Shown here: one piece after another, positions 43,145-53,806 of the stretch
How the letters are laid out: each line of letters starts with the position of its first letter
How positions within the stretch are numbered: the first letter of the stretch is position 1
Origin: Octopus sinensis
Taxonomy: Eukaryota
Direction: 5' to 3'
NCBI RefSeq assembly: GCF_006345805.1
Contig: NC_042999.1
Coordinates: 135,284,001 to 135,348,000, forward strand
Length of the DNA: 64,000 bases
Notes under the pieces: generated by a model
The model's input: only the letters and a program-made list of their open reading frames with translations
Database searches by the model: none
Told to the model about the DNA's origin: nothing
Translations under genes and position numbers: made by a program

Positions 43145-45699
43145 ATGGGGTATGTCTATTCGTATTTCCCAATGTAGTAGTCATGTAACTAACAATTCCA
43201 CTACTTGGTAAATCGCTACAGCCGAAGTCTTCATATGTTGTAATTACTGTTAATTATTGTAATTATCCAACTACGCCTCGCATCAGAGAAAGAGAAAATA
43301 CGTTCAGATCAAACATTCGTAAAGCAATATTGGGATTTGGAAATCTATAATAAAATCATAAACAGGAATGTAATCAGGCATAAGGAAGACACCAAAGGAA
43401 GTGGGTTATTCAATGAAGAAAGGAAGGGGAGGAATGATTATAATAAATCGAACGGCTGAAATGACGTGTGAGTGAGTGAGTGTGTGTGTGTGTGTGTGTG
43501 TCTGTGTGACAGAGAGAGGGGGATAGAGAGGGAGGGAGAGAAATCTTTGGGACAAGCAATTACATAATAAGTATGCATAAATTCGATGATAGGATTAAAA
43601 AAAAACGATAGAAAAAAAAAACGGCAAAATAAATTTTTCAGTGAATTCGAACTCCGACAATTTGATTAAATGGAAAGGGCCACAGTTATAAAATATATAA
43701 CAATTTAATAAATTCTAGAATGTCTAGTATCTCCTTGGTACTCAATAATAGAGGAAATGACATTTTAAAAAGAATAAAAGAGAGAAAAAAAAATTGAAAA
43801 CTAGGCGTATTAAATTCACAGCTACCACTAAACATCCTACTTTGACTGGGTGTTGGGAGTGTTCTAAAATTTTAGAAGCGAAATAAAAACACATTTGGTT
43901 ATGAAACAATGACCACTAACTAAAACAGACATTAAATCATTCTGCATTTTTTTCATTGCCAGTAAGCCACATTATGACTTTATATGCGTGTGTATGTGTG
44001 TATTATAACACCTACACAGGATCTATCTATCCTTCCATCTTTCTATCATATATACATACACAAAATACCTAACACTGTTACAATTTGCACTGATCACCAG
44101 TTGGAAAGGTGAACAGATGGGAAAATGATCGGTTGAGGAATTTAGGTTTGTGCTGTAGCAGCAGCGATTAACAGGCAGAGAAGCAAAAGTGAAAGTACGA
44201 CACCAGAAGCAGCGGTGGTAGTAGTAGTAGTGGTGGTGGTGGCGGCGGCGGCGGAGGCAGCTGCTTGTACTAAATAGTAGTAGCATTAGCAAACAGTAGG
44301 ATTTCTCCGCTGCAAAAGGTGGGTGGTTGGGCTAATAAAACATTATAATACTTCCACATTCCACAATTTGCATAGTCGCATACTGATTGCTCATATATCA
44401 AAGACAAAATTAAAATCGGGGGATTTCGATAGGACAAAAAAATCTGTAAGGGTGACTGGCAAAACTGTAGATGTATGTATGGCAAAGATAAAAAACAGAA
44501 ATAGAATAGTCATTAGTGACAACAGTATTTTAGTTCACAATAAATGTATTGTAATTTCGTCTATCTGCAACTAAAAAGATAAAATATATCAACCAGTGGG
44601 AATAAACTAGAAAGTGTAGCAACAGATAAGCTGGGATGGTGTAACCTTGCAGGACACACACACAGACACACATTCTTTATTTCTGCCATAATAAAGATAT
44701 TTTGATACCTATGCTATGATAAATTAGTAATTTAACATAACTACTTCACGCATTTAGTTCTATTTCAATACTGGTCCACTTGATTTTTGAAGTAATGCGT
44801 GTATGTGTTTTCAGAGCTTGTAAAAGTTAAAGAAAAAAAATACGCTTCTAAATTCTGAAAACTCAGATGAGCAATTAAATGAAATTTATTAATTCATAGA
44901 ACAAAAACAGGTGTCCAATCGCACGAGAAATTAAGATTACGTAAATAGAGTCAATTCGACAATAAAATAGCTTCAAATGAAATAAACAGAAAATAAATGG
45001 TTAAATGGAATCGAAGTTTTGATTGTGTAGAATCTAATGTTGGATTTGGTTGAATCTAGTTACCGAAAATTATCTTTTTTAATAGTAAACAAGGCATGTT
45101 AACAGTAAATGAAAGAAATAATGAATGCAACAGCGTTAAGTAGTGAAATAGCTGTCTTGATATATTTTTGGTCCTTCGATTCGTGTCTCAATGAATATAT
45201 AATTAGGAGAGCCTCTGCTACTTTCTCTTTCTATTCAATAAAAGATGGTTTCATTTTTTAAAGAATTAATGATAAAAAGGAGCTAAATGTTTTAGTTAGG
45301 CATAAGACATGATTTTGGAAAGAAGAAACATATCTGTACAAAAATTATATTTGTAAGAGAAAGATAAAAGTTACTTAATAAAATGTTGCTGTAACAAGAT
45401 AAAAAAAAAAATAGAACGGACCAAATGAAATTAAAGTGTGATCGACTGAAGAATCAATCGATCAACATAAAAGACGAGAAAAATGCATAATTTACAGAAG
45501 GAATTTAGCTATTAACAATAGTAAGCAGTTAATTATAAACTATCTGGACCGCCGATCTTTGACAGATCGATGTGTAGCTGATTAGGTGGTAACATTAGGT
45601 AGATTATATGAGGTGGAAAGAAGGTTTGAAAGAGGCGACAGTAGAGAAAACAGAATAAGTAACCGTGTGAGGAAATGAGAGTAAAACACAACCACATAC

Positions 45700-45801
45700 C
45701 CAACTAATTATCCGAATAATAACTTGTGGCCGTTGGAAGAATACCAGAGGGTCGAATGCAACACCAGCTTTGCCAGCACCATAAGCACCTCCACTCGACA
45801 T
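45700..45801 (-). CDS. SYNGR: Synaptogyrin, coding exon 1 (34 aa)
   Basis: MSSGGAYGAGKAGVAFDPLVFFQRPQVIIRIISW matches the synaptogyrin N-terminus (GAYGAGKAG.AFDP). The phase-0 donor TGG|GTATGT falls where vertebrate SYNGR exon 1 ends. Confidence 0.93.
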
Positions 45802-46207
45802 CTTGGATTTGTTTCAATAACTACGCAAAACACTGTGACGTCAACAATTATGTGCAATAAATTAAGAACTCAAGCCGAGACGCAATACGTCAAAGTTAAA
45901 ATTGTTTATTTTTTTTTTTATTGTATTGAAAATTGATTATTTTTAAATATAAATTACATTTAGACAAATAATTTAAAAAAGTAAAGTAATATTTTATTCG
46001 GATGATTTCGCCTCAAGAGAAATGTTTGTGTTGCCACGTAATACTCGCATAGTTATGATGTAGTATTCATACTTGGCATACTATTCCCTCTTTAGCTTGT
46101 GTCGGTTTGGCACAAACTTCAGCCTGCTTCAAGGTTTCTTTATTACAAAAACACCATTAAAGTAGTTTTTTAAAAAATTGATTTGGCAGTTTTATTAACT
46201 GTTGGCT
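45802..46207. promoter_or_regulatory. Shared divergent promoter / 5' UTR region (406 nt)
   Basis: Lies between two divergent ATGs, is repeat-free and locally CpG-retaining; TGACGTCA at 45836-45843, TACGTCA at 45886-45892, GCCACGTA at 46033-46040. Confidence 0.7.
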
Positions 46208-46366
46208 ATGGAAGGGGAAGAAAATATTTGTGTTGTCTGCAGCGATGAGATAACCATTTTTGCTGTAGGTGTCTGCGATCATCCCATCTGCTACAAGTGC
46301 TCCACACGACTGAGAGTCTTATGTATGGAGAATTACTGCCCCACATGTCGTTCAAATCTTCCTGAA
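46208..46366 (+). CDS. ZNF598: ZNF598 exon 1, C3HC4 RING
   Basis: MEGEENICVVC...VCDHPICYKCSTRLRVLCMENYCPTCRSNLPE; donor GAA|GTGAGT, phase 0. Confidence 0.95.
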
Positions 46367-48899
46367 GTGAGTTTTGTCATTACTTTCTCTTTTTGCAATC
46401 CTCCAATTTAGATTTCATTCCTATGGCACAACCTATCCCATTTCATTTTGGTTTATCGCCTGCATCTAACAAGGATTACATTCAAATTAAAGCAATCCTC
46501 CTGGTTCTTTACCGAAGCCACTTAACCGAAAACATTCATGACTATCAATAAAAAAAACTCTTTATTTCTTTGGCCTATCATTAAGTTTATAACTTTAAGA
46601 AAGTTCACTGAAGTTATCTTTTAATCATATTTCTTATAGATTAAAGAACAGTTTTACTTCCCTTTCCTGTAAAATTTTGTTTTTGTTTAATTGAAATTTA
46701 AAATGATTTCACTTTTATTTTTCATTATTTGAATTCAAAAAGGAACTCGTTAAAAATTTGAAATTGTCTCGTGAAAACTCCAAGTTTGTTTCTATACGGC
46801 ATTTGTCTTGTACATAGTTTGATAATTGTGTTGCTAGCATATTTTTTGTTAAGGGATCTGGGCGATTTTACTCCGTTTTATATAGATATTTTTATTAATC
46901 AATACGATTACTATTCATAATTAGATATTAATTGCTTCTGAAATAATTTAGAAATATTTTAAATTATTTATGAGATAGAATCCTTACATAATTCCTTTCT
47001 CTTTGTAAGCAGTTTACTGTCTTTAACGAATGTGTTCGTAATCACGTATATGTATTATTAAACCCTGCCGAGGACTACTTAGTCTATTATCCTACCTGTT
47101 TCGATAAAATAAAATACCAGTAAAATACTAGGGTTGATATATTCGACAGTTCCCTCTCACCAAATATCTGGTCTTGCGCCCACGTAAGAAAATATTATTA
47201 TTATTATTGCTATTGTGTGTACGTGGCTTGTACGTTATCACAAAAGACACTTTCACAATATTAAATGGTATGTCGCAATCAGGTGCTCTGGTTTCCATCC
47301 TCTTATATGTCATTGCTTTTCCATTTCGATAAGTCAATATATTTTTCTGAATTTTCAAATCCCCGTGAAATTTTTTATTATGTTAGTTTATAACCCAGAC
47401 GTGCAATATATTTTTGCTAAGTCCGTTTAAATATTTAGGACATTATCATTAGTTTTAATTATATTTCTGTTCTGTAACTTTAATGGTATAAACTTAATTA
47501 TTAATGTCAGTAACGATTTCATATACTGTGACATGGCCACACATTTTAGGGAACGCAACACAGTCTATTAAATAAATCCAGTCTGGTACTCATTTTATTG
47601 ACCCCATAAGGAGGAAAGGCAAGGTCAACTTCGGCGGGATTTAAACTCGGGCAGTAAAAGGATGTTACTAAATACGGTTAAGGCCTTCTATCTGGAGCTC
47701 TACGGTTACTGCTAAATTTAATATCAGATGTTATGTAAACGATATCATTAGATGTAATATGTGAATAATACAAAATCTAAGTAAACAATCTTTTAAAGCT
47801 GTAGAGTACATAGACAGTTTAATCTATAACGAATTGAATTGCTAGCCAGCATTGTGACATTTAAGAACTGTGTCTCGAAATATGTTGGACTTATGAATTA
47901 GTTGAGAGTCGGAAGTGATTCAGAGATGGTGGCTCAACTCCTGCAGCAAACAAGCTTTGCATCATTTTCGTTAGATAAGGATTCTACAAGCTGCAAACTG
48001 AAGTATTGAATAATCTCTATACTACTTCAGATTTACCTATCAGGAAACTGAGCCCCAATTTATGGAGAAAGACATATGCATACACACCGGGGTTCTTAAT
48101 ATATGCACTCTTAAGTTTTCACTATAATGTAAATGAGAAAACGAAAGCAAATTATGGATAAACTCTGCCCTGCTTCAGATTTACTAGACAAGAAATTGGG
48201 AACCGGTTTATTCGTGAAGATATATATACACAATAAAGTTCGCCGTACCGCACTCTTAAGGTGTCGCTATTACATTAAATGAAAGTGAAAGTAAATGAAG
48301 GCTACGTAATTATTTTAACATGTATGGATTAGGTTTATAATAGTAAAAATTTCCGCAAATAACAATGTATCTCAAAGTCACTGCGCCGCTGCTACGTTCT
48401 TAAAGTTTCTTGATTATCCTTCCATTTGCTGTAGTATTCTTCTTTAAGCATTGTATGCTTTCGTCTTTGCACTGAATACTCTGCTAGTGTCCTTATATTT
48501 ACTATATTGCTGCGGAAAGAATGTCTTTGATGTCAAATTATGTGGATTTACTTCTATTTGACTTCAGTTGTCTTCACTTTTTTCACTAGCCTTGGCATCT
48601 TGTTTACACCACAGTCCCTAGTTACTGTCTACTGTCCATAATCACAGCTAGTAACTATGGTATTAAATATCCTTCTTGTCTGATTTTACAAACCCTAGTC
48701 ACTAAACTGCCAGTCATACACTGAGTCTGATATAACTATCTGATTACTAGTTGTGATCGGTTTATCTGGTTTAAACAATACCTATTTGCTAGTTGTCTCT
48801 TACAAATAGGTATTGTTTCTAGTCCATCCAAGTTGTGTCCTTTGTTTCCAATCTCTAAGAAACATGTCTAACGATGGGGGAAAACTTATCTTGTTTGGA

Positions 48900-50210
48900 A
48901 ATAGATGAGAATTGGCAACAAGAAAGGATTCAGTCTTCAATTCACTATCTACTCTATGAAAAAATGGATGAGAGAAGGCAGCCCTGATTGATTCCTATGG
49001 TATTATTGAACCACCCTTATGAATACTGCCCTAGCTGTTGAATAATACCTTAGTTTCTGTTCCCATGTTGTTCTCATTAGGGACCATACAGCATCATGCC
49101 AAACTCTTATCTAACACTTTTTTAAAATCTGCAAAGACAGTAAAGCCTTTTTTTTTTTTGGTGGTGTTTCACACACAGGCTGAAGATCTGCTCAGTGGTT
49201 CTGCTACTTTTACAGAAGCCCTCTCGTTCCTCAGCTATATGTTCTTCCTAGATCTCAGTCTATTCAGATTATCTCAGCATTACTTAGCTTACATAGCTGA
49301 TCTTCAAGATGGTGTGATAATTCTGCCTTTCTTGAGAAGCATTATGATCAGTGACTGAGTCTATGGTGTTAGCCATTCACCAGTATGCCATATTTTATTG
49401 CAGGTTGCCATAAAAATGTCGTTTCTTTTCTGTGCTTTATCAGTTCAGCTGGGATGTTGTCAACTCCTATTGATTTTCCATCTTTCGGGAACCTTACTGC
49501 AGCTTTAACTTGATCTTGCATGATTAGGTAGTCATTGCCATACAAAGACTCCTGTATGCTGGCACACTTAGATCTTCACTGCTCTGGTAGCTCTGTAGAG
49601 TTCTGAGCTGTACTCTGCCCAGCTTTCTGTTTCCTTCTTCTTTTCCTTTTTTCTTTCTTTCTTTTTTTTTTTGTTCTGTAAGCTTTTTACTATATTAGCT
49701 TATGATGGCAATTGCTGCTGGCTTATTTCTTTCTTTTGGGGAACTCTTTTACTAAATGGAATGCTTTTTTGTGTTGTTGCCAGGAGGTTACCTTCAATAT
49801 CCTTTTGTTGTTCAGTTACCCATTTTTGTTCTGCTTCACTTGCTCATTTCTTAATTTCCTTGTTGATGTCATATATTTTGTTCTTTGTTCTTTTGTGTTG
49901 TTATCCTTCTTTAGTTTCCTCCTTTTGAAACACATGTCCAATATTTTGTTTATAACCTATAGTTTGGATTTGCAATGGCTTTTTGCCAGAATCTCACATA
50001 AAGTCATCTTCAAGGAGGAGCAGGGGTGAAAATTTTCCATCAGGTGTTGCTTGAAATTCTTCAGTGATAGCAGGGTCTTTAAGCTTAGTGAGGTCACATC
50101 TCAGCCAACAGTCCTTGAGTTCATTTATTCTTTTCAAGTACACTCTGAAGTTCATCATGACCTGATCATGGTCCCTACCTATGACATCTCTTAGGAATGT
50201 TCTTTTGTAT
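48900..50210 (-). mobile_element. Decayed RTE (BovB-like) LINE fragment in ZNF598 intron 1
   Basis: Minus strand gives DHDQVMMNFRVYLK..LKDPAITEEFQAT.GKFSPL, QVKAAVR.PKDGKSIGVDNIPAELIK, CNKIWHTGEW, EGF...RTTEQIFSL and VFADFKK. Confidence 0.78.
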
Positions 50211-50294
50211 ATATGTGTATGTGTGTACAGTGCATTGTGAAAGTGATGTGTAAATTCTCATAGTCTGGCTGATCACGTTATACATACGGACATG

Positions 50295-50797
50295 TGTGCG
50301 AAGACCTGTTGATGCAAGTGAAATCGAAATTGAACCAAATTCGATGACTGGCACCTGTACCAGTGCAGCGCTGACAGCTCCATCTGAGCGGGATCACTGC
50401 CAGAGCAGCTGTCTGGCTTCTGTGCCGGTGGCATGTAAAAAGCACCATTTGAGCATGATCGTTACCAGCGTCGCCTCACTGGTACTTGTGCTGGTGGCAC
50501 GTGAACAAAACATTCAAGCGAGGCCATTGCCAGTTCTGCTGGACTGTCTCCTGTGCAAGTGGCATGTAAAAAACACCATTTGAGCGTGGCCGTTGCCAGT
50601 ACCACCAGACTGGCCCTTGTACTGGTGGCATGTAAAAGCACCCACTATACTCTCAGAGTGGTTGGCGTTAGGAATGGCATCCAACTGTAGAAACTCTGCC
50701 ATATCAGATTGGAGTCTTAGTACAGCCATCTGGTTCGCCAGTCCTCAGTCAAATCGTCCAACTCATGCTACCATGGAAAGTGGATGTTAAATGATGA

Positions 50798-50800
<3 letters not shown>
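50295..50800 (+). mobile_element. SINE family C
   Basis: Subrepeats ggtggcatgtaaaaagcacc; tail gttaaatgatgatgat. Confidence 0.8.
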
Positions 50801-50846
<46 letters not shown>

Positions 50847-51235
50847 CACACATAATGCATCCAACTATAATTGGCTTCCTCAAAGTTAGTCAGTTCCACT
50901 GACAAAGTATTGGTCAAGCAAAGGCTACAATAGAAGTCATTTGTCCAAGGTGCTATGCATTGATATTGAACCTAGAGCCAGATGGTTGTAAACCAAACTC
51001 CTTTACCCTATTACTATGTATTTACATTACTGCTTGGTTAGTTGATTTCTGTAAAAAAATAACACATATTTTAAATAAAAAATGAAATAATTTTATTCGC
51101 TAATTCCATTAATTTATCATATGACATCAATAATAGTATTAAATAATTGGTCATAGTACCAAATTGATATAGTTAACAAAAATGCACACTATATTTTGTT
51201 ATTTCTCATATGTTTCAATCTTTTTCATATTGCAG

Positions 51236-51484
51236 GTCGCTTTTATACAAAAATTGGCAAAGTTTGAAGATATACCAAACAAAAACAAGATGTTGGTCAA
51301 TTCACAGTTCAACCTACTTTTTGAAAATTCTGAGATAGAGAAACGGTTCAACCAGCTAATTGAGCATCGATGTCCGTCTTGCCTGCCTAATAAACAAACG
51401 GAATATAAGTTTAGCATGCTTCGTTCACATCTTAGAAACGTACACAAACTTTATTATTGTGATCTGTGTGTGCAACATTTAAAA
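51236..51484 (+). CDS. ZNF598: ZNF598 exon 2 (83 aa, includes a C2H2 finger)
   Basis: ttgcag|GTC...HRCPSC...LRSHLRNVHKLYYCDLCVQHLK|gtatga; phase 0-0. Confidence 0.93.
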
Positions 51485-52231
51485 GTATGACTCCTTTTAT
51501 TCAAATCTTTCTTATTTATTTATTTATCAAAAGCAAAACTGATTCTAAATTATTTTGTATGGATTTTTCAAGACTTAGGAGAATGATCCTACTTTTGTAA
51601 TATATATATAATACTTTTAGATGAATGTTTACTTGTTAATCTGTCTGCTTTTCTATAGTATTGTGGGTTAGCTGGGTCCACTATACAGTACCTTAACATC
51701 TATCTTAATCCAGTATTATTTTATGAAAAGCATAACAGTCTGACTATGTGTCCAAATCTTTCTTGGTCAACTATCTTAAATAACCCATGTCATCATCTTA
51801 TGAGATTTCTTCACTCAGTATATGCTGTTTATTGATATTGTGTGAGCAACACATTGGAATATATTGATCAGTGGTTTTTATATTTATTCAACTTGTTTTT
51901 ACTTGTTTAAGTCCAATGTGAAAATCTTCCCTGGTGTGCTTTTATTGTTAAAATTCTGCTGTCATGTAACATCACAAATAATAATAATATGGATGGATCT
52001 TAGAGTGCAAAAACCTTTAGTAACTGATGGAAGTAGCCATTTTAAACTTTAGACTCTATACTAGTGCTTCTCAAAATGAGTGGTGCTACTCCCAGAGGAA
52101 CAATGAGAATATTTTATGTGGACACTGGGGACAAAAGAAACTGTTGGGCAGGAGGCAAATGGTATATCTATACAGTTTTTTTTTGTGTGTGTTTATCTCC
52201 ATATTTTATATATGAGCACTAAGAGCACCAT

Positions 52232-52580
52232 CCGTGTGTGATCGTTGCCAGAGCAACAAACTGGCTTCCGTGCCAGCGGCATGTAAAAAGCACCGTTTGG
52301 GCATTACAGTTACCAGTGTCACCTTACTGGCACTTGTGCTGGTGGGGCATGTAAAAACATTCGAGCGAGGTTGTTGCCAGTGCTACTGGACTGGTTCCTG
52401 TGCAGGTGGCATGTAAAAGCACCCACTACACTCGGAGTGGTTGGCATTAGGAAGGGCATCCAGCTGTAGAAACTCTGCCAGATCACATTGGAGCCTGGTG
52501 CAGCCATCTGGTTCACCAGTCCTCAGTCAAATCATCCAACCCATGCTAGCATGGAAAGCAGCCGTTAAACGATGATGATA
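52232..52580 (+). mobile_element. SINE family C
   Basis: Colinear with 50440-50800; tail gttaaacgatgatgat. Confidence 0.8.
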
Positions 52581-53396
52581 TATATATATTGTGATTCAGG
52601 TAAACAAGCAATTTATCATAATTTAAAAAAAAAATTATATATATATATATATATATATAATTTTTTAGAAAAATTATATATATATATATATAATTTTTTT
52701 AAAAAATTATGATAAATTGCTTGTTTACCTGAATCACAATACTGACACAAGCTATAATAATGACAATATCAACAATAATAATAAACTGTGAAATATGCAT
52801 AAGTAATAAACAAAATTGAATATATGTAATGTATACATGTAAATTAAAAACAATAAACTAAAATACTATTTTCAAATCATTGTTAAAATTTGTGGGTAAT
52901 TCCATACATGCAGTAGAGATGGCCACCACGCCTGTAGTATTAGATAATATCCTAAATTTGGTATGGATATGTATGTGCTTGAATTTTGTCACTGCTAGCT
53001 ACAAGTGCCATCTGTTAATCTCATAATCTGCTCACATGTATTAAACAGACATGTGTAAACTTGGCAATTTAAATGTAAACAGAGAAATCAATATTTGTGT
53101 GAGCATTGAGAAAATTGAACTATAAATCAGAATATAAAGATAACTTTTAACTGGTAGCTATGAGGGTGTATATATGAAGCAGAAAGAATATATTATTGAC
53201 TTTGGCTGAAACAACACTCTGAAGCTTGGGTCAGTAATTGAAGTCAAGTACTGATGCATCAAATATTTACTTGTAGTGGGATGGTGATGTGGTAAGTTAT
53301 CCCTCTCTTAAACTAGTATCCAGAACCAAATTACTCTGGCTTGATATTATATATATGTATATTAAAAATGGTGAAGGAAGGTCATTGAAAAAAAGG

Positions 53397-53806
53397 GGAT
53401 CTTTTCGGTTTGAACGGCAGTTTTTTCTAGTGGTGTCATACGAAATTTTCACCCATAATTATGACCCTAGTATCGATCTGTTGCATTTCAATCTGTTTTA
53501 GGGTTAGGGGTGGGGGGAAGGGTGTCTTTTTTTCTTCAGAAATGTAAATAAACCCAATCTGTTTCTTAAACGAGGGACATATTCATATGGCACAAAATGT
53601 TTTCACTTCAATAGACGTCATTGATTGGTTGAAATTGCAGAAATTGAAGAAAAAAACAACAAATATCTTACAAACTATAGAATTTTCTCAATAAAGCCAA
53701 GAGAAAAATATGTTTTATAAACACATTCTACCAATATACGAAGTTTCAAAGTGTTTAGTTACCAGGAAATTATTTTAAAAAACTGCCGTTCAAACTGAAA
53801 AGATCC
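53397..53806. mobile_element. 410-bp MITE with 30-bp TIRs and 8-bp TSD
   Basis: AAAAAAGG-GGATCTTTTCGGTTTGAACGGCAGTTTTTT ... AAAAAACTGCCGTTCAAACTGAAAAGATCC-AAAAAAGG. Confidence 0.88.

Noticed and set aside
46130-46190. Possible short 5' UTR intron of ZNF598 (acceptor tttggcag)
   Set aside because: No convincing donor; cannot be supported without transcripts.
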